The notes beneath the pieces are model-generated. The model made no database searches. It saw nothing but the letters and a program-made list of their open reading frames with translations, and was not told where the DNA came from. Below are positions 16,185 through 25,719 of a stretch of 42,550 nt of DNA, one piece after another. Location: positions 1 through 42,550 of the IMG/VR virus record IMGVR_UViG_3300018875_000010, one strand, 5' to 3'. A program made the position numbers and the translations under genes. The DNA comes from a virus. Positions within the stretch are counted from its first letter, which is position 1; each line of letters starts with the position of its first letter.

Positions 16185-18166
16185 TGACTACTCCATCCAC
16201 TCGGGCCGAGGTTATCGCCCGTCGCACCTACAACAGGCCCCTCGATGAGAGGGGCTTTCTTTTTGAGACGTGGGGCCAAACGGTCGCCCGCGTCATCGGC
16301 CACCAACGGTGGCTTTGGGAACGCGCCAAGGGCGCTCCCCTGAACGAAGAGGAAGAGGAGGAGCTTGCCGAACTCGACCTCCTCATGTTGTCGCGCAAGG
16401 CGCTCCCCTCGGGTCGTACCCTCTGGCTCGGTGGAACGGACATCGCTAAGACCCGCGAGGCTTCGCAGTTCAACTGCTCCTTCCTCCGGGTCGAGACGGT
16501 TCACGACGTTGTCGATTCCATGTGGCTCTTGCTGCAAGGCTGTGGCGTCGGTTTCGAGCCGGTTGTCGGCACCCTCAACGGGTTCACGCAGCCGGTCGAG
16601 ATTGAGGTCATCCGGTCCCCTAACCGGACCACCAAAGGCGTTGAGCATAACGTCGAGACGGTGATCGACGGGGTCTGGACGATCCGGCTCGGTGACAGCG
16701 CCGAGGCTTGGGCCAAGGCCGCAGGCAAGCTCCTGGCGCAGAAGAAGCCGGTCAAGAAGCTGGTCCTCGACTTCTCCGAAATCCGTGCCCCCGGTATCCG
16801 CCTGAAGGGTTACGGCTGGATTAGCTCGGGCGATCAGACCATCAGCCGTGCGTTCGTCGCCATTGCGGAACTCCTCAACCGGAGAGCCGGCCAGCTCCTC
16901 ACCCGCATCGACATCCTCGACATTCTCAACTGGCTCGGGACGACCCTCTCGTCTCGCCGCTCGGCTGAGATTGCCGTGGTCCCATTCGATGACCGGGAGT
17001 GGCAGGAGTTCGCCACCGCGAAGAAGGACCACTGGATCGACAACCCGCAGCGGGCACAGTCGAACAACTCGCTCCTGTTCTACCGCAAGCCTACCCGCGA
17101 GGAACTGAAGAACATCTTCGACCTCATGCAGGATGCCGGTGGATCGGAGCCGGGGTTCATCAACGCGCAGGCCGCGCTCAAGCGGGCACCTTGGTTCAAG
17201 GGTGTCAATCCGTGCGCGGAAATCATGCTCGGTAACAAGAGCTTCTGTAACCTTGTAGAGGTCAACCTTGGCGCGTTTAATGGCGACCTTGCTGGTCTGC
17301 ATCGGGCTATCTATCTCGTCGCCCGAGCGAACTACCGGCAGACGTGCGTATCCTTCCTCGATGGTATCCTTCAGAGGTCTTGGCACGAACTCAATGAGTT
17401 CCTTCGTCTCTGCGGCGTGGGCCTCACTGGCATTGTCGCGTGGGAGCATAGCGATAGTGCAGTGGCCTTCGCGGAGCTTCGTCGCCTAGCCCGAGAGGGT
17501 GCCTTCTCGATGGCCGATGAACTCGGCCTTCCGCGTCCCAAAGCGGTCACAACGGTCAAACCCTCGGGAACCCTCTCGAAGGTGATGGACACCACCGAAG
17601 GCGTCCACAAGCCGTTGGGTCGCTACATCTTCAACAACGTGAGGTTCAGTGAACATGACCCGCTGGTTCCGCTCCTTCAAGCGGCTGGCTATCGGACTTT
17701 CCGAGACCCTTACGGCGGTGACGCTATTCTGGCTACCTTTCCCGTTGAATACCCTGACGTTGAGTTCGATACTGTCACTGTCCTTCGGGATGGTCAGTTG
17801 GTCAATGTCGAGGTCAACACCGAAAGTGCCATCACTCAGCTAGAGCGTTACAAGCTCCTGATGGACAACTACGTCGATCACAACTGCTCCATTACGGTCA
17901 GCTACAGTCCCGATGAGGTGGAAGACATCATCGACTGGATTGACCGGAATTGGGACAGCTACGTCGGCGTGAGCTTCATCTATCGGAACGATCCGACCAA
18001 GACCGCAGCCGACCTTGGCTACCCCTACCTCCCGCAGGAAGTGGTGACTGAGGAGGTCTTCAGAGAGTACGTCGCCGGTCTCAAGCCGGTGGACATCAAC
18101 GCTGGCAACAGCTTCGATGAGCTTTCTGAGGACGGTTGCGCGACGGGTGCCTGCCCGATCCGCTAA
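16184..18166 (+). CDS. ribonucleotide reductase, probably class II (B12-dependent)
   Basis: 660-aa single-chain RNR with active-site NPCAEI and a C-terminal Cys pair (CATGACPIR). No separate beta subunit is present. Confidence 0.8.
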   Translation: MTTPSTRAEVIARRTYNRPLDERGFLFETWGQTVARVIGHQRWLWERAKGAPLNEEEEEELAELDLLMLSRKALPSGRTLWLGGTDIAKTREASQFNCSFLRVETVHDVVDSMWLLLQGCGVGFEPVVGTLNGFTQPVEIEVIRSPNRTTKGVEHNVETVIDGVWTIRLGDSAEAWAKAAGKLLAQKKPVKKLVLDFSEIRAPGIRLKGYGWISSGDQTISRAFVAIAELLNRRAGQLLTRIDILDILNWLGTTLSSRRSAEIAVVPFDDREWQEFATAKKDHWIDNPQRAQSNNSLLFYRKPTREELKNIFDLMQDAGGSEPGFINAQAALKRAPWFKGVNPCAEIMLGNKSFCNLVEVNLGAFNGDLAGLHRAIYLVARANYRQTCVSFLDGILQRSWHELNEFLRLCGVGLTGIVAWEHSDSAVAFAELRRLAREGAFSMADELGLPRPKAVTTVKPSGTLSKVMDTTEGVHKPLGRYIFNNVRFSEHDPLVPLLQAAGYRTFRDPYGGDAILATFPVEYPDVEFDTVTVLRDGQLVNVEVNTESAITQLERYKLLMDNYVDHNCSITVSYSPDEVEDIIDWIDRNWDSYVGVSFIYRNDPTKTAADLGYPYLPQEVVTEEVFREYVAGLKPVDINAGNSFDELSEDGCATGACPIR

Positions 18167-18167
18167 T

Positions 18168-18182
18168 GTGCAGTGACTGCAC
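18168..18182. repeat. 15-bp palindrome, exact (G centre)
   Basis: 1 nt after the RNR stop and 5 nt before a promoter. Confidence 0.95.
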
Positions 18183-18187
18183 CAAAC

Positions 18188-18207
18188 GATTAACCCTCAC
18201 CTTCAGC
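18188..18207 (+). promoter_or_regulatory. T3-like phage RNAP promoter (start of the structural module)
   Basis: GATTAACCCTCACCTTCAGC. Followed by an 8-bp stem-loop AACCCCTC/GAGGGGTT. Confidence 0.75.
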
Positions 18208-18251
18208 CAAATAGGGAACCCCTCGGTGAACAACTGAGGGGTTATTCACTC

Positions 18252-18458
18252 ATGGCTCTACCAAAGATTCCTCCGCTGTCCCCTGAGTTGGTGGATGCCC
18301 TCGACAAGCGGTTCCCCGAACGCTGCCCCGAACCCACATGGAGCGACCGTGAAGTGTGGCGAAGGGTGGGTCAGCGCGAGGTCGTCCGGCTCCTGATCGA
18401 GGAGCTTAAACGCCAACAAGAGAACATTCTGAGGGACACTCGAATTGTGCAAAAGTAG
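18252..18458 (+). CDS. hypothetical protein (68 aa)
   Basis: First ORF after the promoter. Confidence 0.5.
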   Translation: MALPKIPPLSPELVDALDKRFPERCPEPTWSDREVWRRVGQREVVRLLIEELKRQQENILRDTRIVQK

Positions 18459-18846
18459 CAACCGTGCGCTCCGCGTGATGATTGCGGAGCAGCAGAAGCA
18501 GGCCGAAGAAGCCCGCAAGCAGGCTGACAAGGCACTCAAGAAGCAGTCTGAACTTCAGACCAAGGCTATCAAGCTCCAAGAAAAGAACCTGAAGTTCCAG
18601 AAGGATCAGGCCGAGTACGTCAAGCAGACTGAGGCGAAGATTTCAGAACTGGCTAACCGGCCCGCTCCCCCGCCTCCCCCGCCTGCCGCTGTCGTCGTGA
18701 CCGGTGGTAACGCTGGTATGGCCGAGGCTGCGACTGAGGCTGAGACCAACCTTGAGAGCCGCAAGAAGGGACGTGCTGCCCTTCGCATCGACCTCAATGC
18801 CCCGCAGATGGCGGGTAACACCGGACTGAACGTCCCCCGAGGCTAA
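18445..18846 (+). CDS. coiled-coil / poly-Pro protein, possible small virion protein (start uncertain)
   Basis: Lys/Glu/Gln-rich, then PAPPPPPPAA. Sits just before the portal gene. Confidence 0.5.
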   Translation: MCKSSNRALRVMIAEQQKQAEEARKQADKALKKQSELQTKAIKLQEKNLKFQKDQAEYVKQTEAKISELANRPAPPPPPPAAVVVTGGNAGMAEAATEAETNLESRKKGRAALRIDLNAPQMAGNTGLNVPRG

Positions 18847-18848
18847 TC

Positions 18849-20381
18849 GTGGCGAAGCCTGCCTCTACTGCGGCGGGTCGCTATACGCAGCTTGCATCTC
18901 AGCGCAGTCCCTACCTTGAACGGGCAAGGGACTGTGCAGAGCTTACGATCCCCTCCCTCATGCCGAGGGCGGGTCATGGGGCTGCGAACGACCTCCCTAC
19001 CCCGTTTCAGGGCATGGGAGCTAGAGGCGTCAACAATCTCGCCTCGAAGCTACTCCTCGCCCTAATGCCCCCGAACCAAGCCTTCTTCCGGCTGATGCTG
19101 GATGACTTCGCCATGACGGAACTCGCCGGTTCCCCGGAGAAGAAGACCGAAGTGGAGAAGGGTCTTGGTCAGATCGAGCGGGCAGTTCAAACCGAAGTCG
19201 AAACAACTGCAATCCGCGTCTCCGCGTTCGAGGCTTTCAAGCAACTCCTCGTCTCCGGTAACGTGTGCGTCTATGTGCAGCCCGAAGGTGGACTGAAGGT
19301 CTACCGCTTGGACCGCTATGCGGTGAAGCGAGACCCGATGGGTAATGTCCTCGAAGGAATTATCCATGAGAAGGTGTCCCCGCTTGCACTCCCTGAAGAC
19401 CTTCAGAAGAAGCTCGGTGAGACCTCCAAGGGTCTTCAGGACAGCGTTGATCTTTACACTTGGATCAAGCGCAAGGGCGCTCACTTCGAGGTGCATCAGG
19501 AAGTCAAGGGCAACGTCGTCCCCGGCTCCAAAGGCAAGTGGCCCGTAGACAAGACCCCGTTCATCTTCCTCCGTTGGGCGAAGATCGACGGTGAGGACTA
19601 CGGACGTGGTCACGTCGAGGAGTACATTGGCGACCTCCGGTCCCTTGAAGGTCTCCAGAGAGCCATCGTTGAAGGCTCCGCTGCGGCTGCGAAGGTTCTC
19701 TTCCTCGTCAACCCGAATGGTGTGACGCAGGAGCGGACCATCTCGGAAGCCCCTAACTGTGCCGTCCGCACCGGTAACAAGGAGGACGTTGGTGTCCTTC
19801 AGGTCGAGAAGTACAACGACTTCCGGGTCGCTCTCGACACGATCAACCGGATCGAGCTTCGTCTAGCTCAGGCTTTCCTCCTGACCTCCTCTGTCCAGCG
19901 TGACGCCGAGCGTGTCACGGCTGAAGAAATCCGGGTCATGGCGAGTGAGCTTGAGGACGCCCTCGGTGGTGTCTACTCGATCCTGGCGCAGGAGTTCCAA
20001 CTCCCGCTGGTGCGTCGTCTCCTCCATCAACTGACCGAAGCTGGACGCCTGCCGCAACTGCCGCAGGATGTCGTCAAGCCTTCGATCATCACCGGCATGG
20101 AGGCCCTCGGTCGTGGTCATGATCTTCAGCGGCTGACGATGTTCGCCAATGTGGTGAACTCGCTCCTCGGCCCCAACGCTCTTGCCACCTACGGCAAGCC
20201 CACGAAGGTCATCATGAAGGCCGCGACGGCTCTGTCCATCGACGCTGCCGAAATCACCAAGACAGAAGACGAACTCGCCCAAGAGGCCGCTCAGGCTCGT
20301 CAGGACGCAATGCTTGAGAAGCTCGGTCCTGAAGTGATGCGGCAGGGCATGGCACAGGAGAACCCGAATGGCGCGGCGTAA
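18849..20381 (+). CDS. portal (head-tail connector) protein (T7 gp8-like)
   Basis: 510 aa, GTG start. T7 synteny and the DGEDYGRGHVEEYIGDL motif. Confidence 0.9.
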   Translation: MAKPASTAAGRYTQLASQRSPYLERARDCAELTIPSLMPRAGHGAANDLPTPFQGMGARGVNNLASKLLLALMPPNQAFFRLMLDDFAMTELAGSPEKKTEVEKGLGQIERAVQTEVETTAIRVSAFEAFKQLLVSGNVCVYVQPEGGLKVYRLDRYAVKRDPMGNVLEGIIHEKVSPLALPEDLQKKLGETSKGLQDSVDLYTWIKRKGAHFEVHQEVKGNVVPGSKGKWPVDKTPFIFLRWAKIDGEDYGRGHVEEYIGDLRSLEGLQRAIVEGSAAAAKVLFLVNPNGVTQERTISEAPNCAVRTGNKEDVGVLQVEKYNDFRVALDTINRIELRLAQAFLLTSSVQRDAERVTAEEIRVMASELEDALGGVYSILAQEFQLPLVRRLLHQLTEAGRLPQLPQDVVKPSIITGMEALGRGHDLQRLTMFANVVNSLLGPNALATYGKPTKVIMKAATALSIDAAEITKTEDELAQEAAQARQDAMLEKLGPEVMRQGMAQENPNGAA

Positions 20382-20547
20382 GCCCACCGTAAAGGACCCG
20401 CGTGAGACCCCGCAGGCCCCCTCAGTCGAGGAAGCGACGAGTGCAGTGACTGCACCGAAGCCGACCCCGCCTGCGTCCCCTTCACCTCCCAAGGCCGAGG
20501 ACAAAGAAGTTGTCCAGCTTTGGGGTTTCACTCGTATTGACCACTAA
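20368..20547 (+). CDS. possible 59-aa Pro-rich ORF between portal and scaffold
   Basis: Hand-translated. The ATG overlaps the portal 3' end. Contains a palindrome copy in frame (TSAVTAPKP). Confidence 0.3.
   Translation: MARRKPTVKDPRETPQAPSVEEATSAVTAPKPTPPASPSPPKAEDKEVVQLWGFTRIDH
20441..20455. repeat. 15-bp palindrome, exact (G centre)
   Basis: Between the portal and scaffold genes. Confidence 0.95.
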
Positions 20548-20553
20548 GGACTT

Positions 20554-21306
20554 ATGACAGTCACCGTTCAGATGCCCGCAGAGGTAGCTGGACCGAACCC
20601 ACCGGAGGGCGGGAACAACCTCCCGTCCTCCAACCCCAATTCGGCTCCTGCCCCTGCACAAACCCAAGAGCGCCCCGCTTGGCTCCCCGAGAAGTTCAAC
20701 TCCCCGGAAGACCTGGCTAAGGCGTATGGCGAACTAGAGAGCAAGCTCGGTTCGCAGTCACAACAGCAACCCTCCGTCCCGGCCTCTGAGGAACAGGCTG
20801 CTACGCAGCTTCAGTCTGCCGGTCTGGACATGGCTGAGTTCCAGAAGGAATGGGCCGAGAAGGGTTCGCTGTCCGAGGAAAGCTACGCCAAACTCGCACA
20901 GGCGGGCTTCTCGAAAGACTTCGTCAACGACTTCATCCGTGGACAGGAGGCCCTTGCAGCGCAGGAGGCCGAGGCTGTCTTCAAGGAGGTCGGTGGCGAA
21001 GCGGAGTTCCAGAAGATCGCCGCATGGGCGCGGGCTAACTTACCGGCTCATGAGGTCGCCGCTTTCAACGCGGTCGTTGACTCCGCTCCTGTCGATGTCC
21101 TGCGGTTCGCCGTCGCCGGTCTTCATGCGAAGTACGTCGCGGCTAACGGTCAGGAACCCCGCCTCGTCAACGGTACGCCGGGATCGGCTGTCGCTGGCTT
21201 CGCCTCTCGCTACGAGATTGTCCAGGCGATGAGCGACCCCCGGTACAAGAAGGACGAGGCTTACCGCGAGTTGGTCACGCAGCGTCTCGCCGTGACGAAC
21301 TTCTAA
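20554..21306 (+). CDS. scaffolding protein (T7 gp9 position)
   Basis: Acidic and Ala/Gln-rich. Lies between the portal and capsid genes. SD AAGGA. Confidence 0.75.
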   Translation: MTVTVQMPAEVAGPNPPEGGNNLPSSNPNSAPAPAQTQERPAWLPEKFNSPEDLAKAYGELESKLGSQSQQQPSVPASEEQAATQLQSAGLDMAEFQKEWAEKGSLSEESYAKLAQAGFSKDFVNDFIRGQEALAAQEAEAVFKEVGGEAEFQKIAAWARANLPAHEVAAFNAVVDSAPVDVLRFAVAGLHAKYVAANGQEPRLVNGTPGSAVAGFASRYEIVQAMSDPRYKKDEAYRELVTQRLAVTNF

Positions 21307-21322
21307 TCACGAAAGGATCACG

Positions 21323-21505
21323 ATGCTCGACTTCGTTTCCAGCATTGGCGTTGGCAACTGGCTTGAGATTGCTTTCGCTGTCCACGCCCTTGCTCTCGCT
21401 ATCGTCAACCTGACGCCGACCCCGAAGGACAACGAGTGGGTCGCTAAGGGTTATCGCGTTCTCGAAATCGCTGCGGGTCTTCTGTCGAAGAAGGCCAAGC
21501 AGTAA
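21323..21505 (+). CDS. small membrane protein (60 aa)
   Basis: Hydrophobic core. SD AAAGGA. Confidence 0.5.
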   Translation: MLDFVSSIGVGNWLEIAFAVHALALAIVNLTPTPKDNEWVAKGYRVLEIAAGLLSKKAKQ

Positions 21506-21508
21506 GGG

Positions 21509-21548
21509 GTCAGGTTAACGCCTGACGGGGGAGGTTAGCGCCTCCCCC
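21509..21548 (+). other. two tandem stem-loops with near-identical apices (AGGTTARCGCCT)
   Basis: GTCAGG-TTAACG-CCTGAC (21509-21526) and GGGGGAGG-TTAGCG-CCTCCCCC (21527-21548). No T-run follows. Confidence 0.6.
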
Positions 21549-21732
21549 AAACCCTCCTTTCTGTCCCTGTGAAGCAATAGAGCCGCCTCTTCTTAGAGGG
21601 GCACTACAGGTGTCACCAAGAACAACCACACGCAAACACTTGGCCCTCTGCGGAGGACAACCTTGCGTGAGCGGTGAGTAGTTCGCGGAAGCCTAACCAA
21701 CTTCTTCAACTCTCACAGGACAAACAGAAAGC

Positions 21733-22701
21733 ATGTCTGACATTACTCCGTCCCGCCTCGGTATGATTAACGGCACCGGGGCCGACGATGCACTCTTCCT
21801 GAAGCAGTTCTCGGGCGAGGTTCTGACGAGCTTCGCAGAGGTCAACGTGATGATGGAGCGCCACTACGTCCGCACCATCTCGCAGGGTAAGTCTGCTCAG
21901 TTCCCGGCCACTTGGAAGATCGACAGCTACTACCATGTTCCCGGCACCGAGCTTGCTGGTCAGACCATCAAGCACGGCGAGCGGGTCATCACGATTGACG
22001 ACCTTCTGGTGTCCCCGGTCTTCATCGCTCAGATCGACGAGGCGAAGAACCACTACGACGTTCGCTCGATCTACACGACCGAGTGCGGTCACTCCCTGTC
22101 CAACACCGCTGACAAGAACATCCTTCAGACGGCTGTTCTCGCTGCCCGCGCTTCGGCCACGGTCGAGGGCGCTCCGGGTGGCTCCACGATCAACGGTGGC
22201 GCTGACCTTGTGACCAACGCCAACGGTGCCCTCGTCAACGCTCTGTATGCTGCCGCTCAGACGCTGGACGAGAAGGACATCCCCGAGGCTGGCCGCTTCT
22301 CCGTCTTCAAGCCCGCTCAGTATTACAAGCTGGTTCTGGACGACAAGGCGATCAACCGCGACTTCACCGCTGGTAACGGCGACATTCGCACCGGTAAGGT
22401 GTTCGACATCGCTGGTATCAACGTAGTGAAGTCCAACCACCTGCCGACGACCAACATCGTCGCTCCGGTGGGGGCCGTTGGTCCGCGTCCGCTGGCTAAG
22501 TACGCTGGCGACTTCACCAACACCGTTGGTCTCGTCATGACCCCTGCCGCTGTCGGTACGGTGAAGCTGATGGACCTCCAGGTGGAGGGTGAGTACCAGA
22601 TCAGCCGTCAGGGCACCCTGATCGTCGCTAAGTACGCGATGGGTCACGGCATCCTGCGTCCTGAGTGCGCTGTCGAACTCAGCAAGGCCGCTGCGGTCTA
22701 A
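21733..22701 (+). CDS. major capsid protein (T7 gp10-like)
   Basis: LFLKQFSGEVLTSFA, SQGKSAQFP, ERVITIDDLL and AKNHYDVRS match the remembered T7 gp10A. Confidence 0.92.
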   Translation: MSDITPSRLGMINGTGADDALFLKQFSGEVLTSFAEVNVMMERHYVRTISQGKSAQFPATWKIDSYYHVPGTELAGQTIKHGERVITIDDLLVSPVFIAQIDEAKNHYDVRSIYTTECGHSLSNTADKNILQTAVLAARASATVEGAPGGSTINGGADLVTNANGALVNALYAAAQTLDEKDIPEAGRFSVFKPAQYYKLVLDDKAINRDFTAGNGDIRTGKVFDIAGINVVKSNHLPTTNIVAPVGAVGPRPLAKYAGDFTNTVGLVMTPAAVGTVKLMDLQVEGEYQISRQGTLIVAKYAMGHGILRPECAVELSKAAAV

Positions 22702-22710
22702 TTCTCCATA

Positions 22711-22746
22711 GGGGAGGTCTCTTAACAGGGGCCTCCCCTTTTTTTC
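22711..22746 (+). terminator. rho-independent terminator after the capsid gene (T-phi position)
   Basis: GGGGAGGT (22711-22718) pairs with GCCTCCCC (22731-22738), followed by TTTTTTT. Confidence 0.85.
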
Positions 22747-22752
22747 GTTCAA

Positions 22753-22767
22753 GTGCAGTCACTGCAC
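22753..22767. repeat. 15-bp palindrome, exact
   Basis: Between the capsid terminator and gp11. Confidence 0.95.
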
Positions 22768-22783
22768 CAAGAGAAGGAACTCG

Positions 22784-23380
22784 ATGAGCCTCCTACTGAC
22801 TACCGAACTGGACGCCATCAACACCATGCTTTCCATCATCGGTGAAGCTCCGGTGAACACCGTCGAGGATAACGGTGTGGTCGATGCAGTGATGGCGCGA
22901 CAAATCCTCAACGAGACAATGCGTGAGGTCCAAGCCCGAGGCTGGCATTGGAACACCGATAAAGGTGTGATCCTCACCCCCACGTTCCCCGCTCCGGGTG
23001 AAGTCTACGTCCCCGCAAACACCCTTCAGGTGGACGCCACTGAGAGCCGCCCTGATGTTGTCCAGCGTGGGACCCGCTTGTGGGACCGGAGGGAGAACAC
23101 GTTCAAGTTCCGTGAGCCTCTGAAGGTGGACATCGTTCGCCTACTCCCCTTCGATGAAATCCCACAGGTCGCCCGCAACTACGTCATGGTTCGCGCAGGC
23201 CGCATCTTCCAAGACCGAGTGGTCGGTAGCTCGACCCTGTCGGGTTTCAGCAAGGAGGACGAGGTTCGCGCTCTGGTGGCTCTCCGCAACGCAGAGGCCG
23301 AGAACGCCGACTACAACATGGTCGATGACAATTGGGCGGTAGGCCGCATCCTGAATAGGCGCTTCGGACGCATCCTCTAA
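22784..23380 (+). CDS. tail tubular protein A (T7 gp11-like)
   Basis: 198 aa. AINTMLSIIGEAPVNTVED...RGWHWN parallels T7 gp11. Confidence 0.85.
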   Translation: MSLLLTTELDAINTMLSIIGEAPVNTVEDNGVVDAVMARQILNETMREVQARGWHWNTDKGVILTPTFPAPGEVYVPANTLQVDATESRPDVVQRGTRLWDRRENTFKFREPLKVDIVRLLPFDEIPQVARNYVMVRAGRIFQDRVVGSSTLSGFSKEDEVRALVALRNAEAENADYNMVDDNWAVGRILNRRFGRIL

Positions 23381-25719
23381 TGGCTGTCATCTCTGGCTCC
23401 ATCCCGAACCTTATCAACGGGGTCAGCCAACAGCCGTTCGCTCTCAGGCTTGCCTCGCAGGCCGAGGAACAGATCAACGGCTTCTCCTCCATCGTGGAGG
23501 GGCTGACCAAGCGTCCCCCGACGAAGCATGTGGCGAAGCTCATGGCGTCCCTACCGGACAACGCCTTCGTCCACATCATCAACCGTGATGTCAACGAGCG
23601 GTACGTTGTGGTCGCCACGAACGGGGACCTGAAGGTCTACGACTTCAACGGCAACGAGAAGGTCGTCAACTTCCCCTCGGGGAAAGGCTACCTGTCCTCC
23701 GCTCTGTGCAACTTCGGTGCAGTCACTGTCGCTGACTATACGTTCTTCCTGAACAAGGACGTGGTCACTCAGATGACCGGGGAGGTCTATGGTGCCCGAG
23801 GGAATGAGGCTCTCGTCTACATCCGTCAGGGTAACTACTCGACCACCTACAACATCGTCATCAACGGGTCGTGGGTCCTTCAGAAGATCACCTCTCAGAC
23901 TGACCCCAACGACATCAAGTCCGACAACATCGCAGAGTTCTTCCGGGTCGCTCTGAACAACAGCGGCTGGCCCACCTACCGTGTCGGCTCGACGTTGCTC
24001 ATCACGGCTCCCGGTGGGGCTGGCTTCAACATTCGCACCGAGGATAGCCTTGGCGACACGGCTATGGTCTGCATCACCAAGAAGACGCAGACCTTCACCA
24101 ACCTCCCGGCCCGCTGCTTCAACGGCTATCAGGTCGAGATTGAGGGCGCTCCCGGTACGAACCTCGACAACTACTACCTTCAGTACGACGACACGCAGTC
24201 GCAGGGGAATAATGGCGTGTGGCGGGAAATCCCGCGCCCCGGCAGGCAGATCGCCTTCAATGCCGCGACCATGCCCCATACGTTGATCCGTAACGCTGAC
24301 GGTACGTTCACCTTCGGTCCCGCCACATGGGACAAGTGCGAGGCCGGTAGCGAGACCATCTCGCCTCCTCCGTCCTTCGTGGGGAAGAGGATCGCTGACA
24401 TCTTCTTCTACCGGAACCGGCTCGGGTTCATCGCTGACGAGAGCGTGTGCTTCTCCCGCTCCTCGAAGTTCTTCAACTTCTGGCGTGAGACGGCAACCGA
24501 CATCCTCGACACGGACCCGATTGACCTGACCACCTCGCACGTCAAGGTCTCGATCCTTCGTCACGCAATCCCGTTCAACGAGAGCCTGCTTCTGTTCTCC
24601 GATCAGACGCAGTTCATGTTGGGCGCGGGCGAGGTGCTGACCCCTGGAGGCGCCTCTCTCGACCAAGTGACCGAGTTCGAGACTTCGGACAAGGTGAGGC
24701 CGGTGGGTGCCGGATCGTATGTCTACTTCGCCACTCAGAAGGGCGAGTTCACCGGTATCCGTGAATACTACATGGATGGTCAGACCCGGACGAACAACGC
24801 CAACGATGTGACCTCCCACGTTCCCCGATACATCAAGGGCAATGTGTTCAAGATGACTGCCTCGACCAACGAGGACATCCTGATCGCCCTTGCGGACGAG
24901 AACCGGCATACGGCCTACGTCTACAAGTATTTCTACTCGGGCCAGGAGAAGGTTCAGTCGTCGTGGTCGAAGTGGGTCTTCGATGAAGGGGCCTCGATCC
25001 TCAATGCGGAGTTCATCGAAAGCTCCCTCTGGCTTGTCGTTAAGCGGGCCGATGGGGTCTACCTTGAGCGCCTCGACATTGAGATTGGCAAGACCGATCC
25101 GGGTCTCGACTTCGTCGTCCACGTTGACCGGAGGGTCACTCAGGCACAGGTGCAGTCACTGCACTTCGATGGTGCCAAGACGACCTTCCGCCTCCCCTAT
25201 GTCCTGCCCGATCCGAGCAAGCTCCTGATCGTCGCAGGCGCGGGAGACCCGACCTACCGTCCCGGTCAGGTGGTTCCCTACACGGTTGCCGATGGCGTCT
25301 ACACCGTGAAGGGCAACCTCGCCTCGTTCTACGCGGGTATCAGCTACGAGCTACGCTACACGTTCTCGCCCTTGCTGGTCCGTGAGGATGCCCCCGGTGG
25401 TGGTCGAGTGGCGAACACCGAAGGCCGTATTCAGGTCCGTCGCTGCCTCATCAACTACGCCGACAGTGGCTACTTCAGGATTGAGGTGACGCCCGAGAGA
25501 CGGAGCAAGTACGAGTACGTCTTCACCGGTCGCATCGTCGGTTCTGGTCGCAACACAGTCGGCAAGTCCTCGGTCGAGACAGGGTCCTTCAAGTTCCCCG
25601 TCATGACCAACAACATGACCGTCAAGATCGAGCTTGTGAACGACAACCACATGCCCTCCCGCCATCTGAACATGGATTGGGAGGCCGACTACACAGTCAG
25701 AACACAAAGGATGATGTAA
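23380..25719 (+). CDS. tail tubular protein B (T7 gp12-like)
   Basis: 779 aa. N-terminal GSIPNLINGVSQQP. T7 synteny. Confidence 0.88.
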   Translation: MAVISGSIPNLINGVSQQPFALRLASQAEEQINGFSSIVEGLTKRPPTKHVAKLMASLPDNAFVHIINRDVNERYVVVATNGDLKVYDFNGNEKVVNFPSGKGYLSSALCNFGAVTVADYTFFLNKDVVTQMTGEVYGARGNEALVYIRQGNYSTTYNIVINGSWVLQKITSQTDPNDIKSDNIAEFFRVALNNSGWPTYRVGSTLLITAPGGAGFNIRTEDSLGDTAMVCITKKTQTFTNLPARCFNGYQVEIEGAPGTNLDNYYLQYDDTQSQGNNGVWREIPRPGRQIAFNAATMPHTLIRNADGTFTFGPATWDKCEAGSETISPPPSFVGKRIADIFFYRNRLGFIADESVCFSRSSKFFNFWRETATDILDTDPIDLTTSHVKVSILRHAIPFNESLLLFSDQTQFMLGAGEVLTPGGASLDQVTEFETSDKVRPVGAGSYVYFATQKGEFTGIREYYMDGQTRTNNANDVTSHVPRYIKGNVFKMTASTNEDILIALADENRHTAYVYKYFYSGQEKVQSSWSKWVFDEGASILNAEFIESSLWLVVKRADGVYLERLDIEIGKTDPGLDFVVHVDRRVTQAQVQSLHFDGAKTTFRLPYVLPDPSKLLIVAGAGDPTYRPGQVVPYTVADGVYTVKGNLASFYAGISYELRYTFSPLLVREDAPGGGRVANTEGRIQVRRCLINYADSGYFRIEVTPERRSKYEYVFTGRIVGSGRNTVGKSSVETGSFKFPVMTNNMTVKIELVNDNHMPSRHLNMDWEADYTVRTQRMM
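25150..25164. repeat. 15-bp palindrome, exact
   Basis: In gp12; reads VQSLH. Confidence 0.95.
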
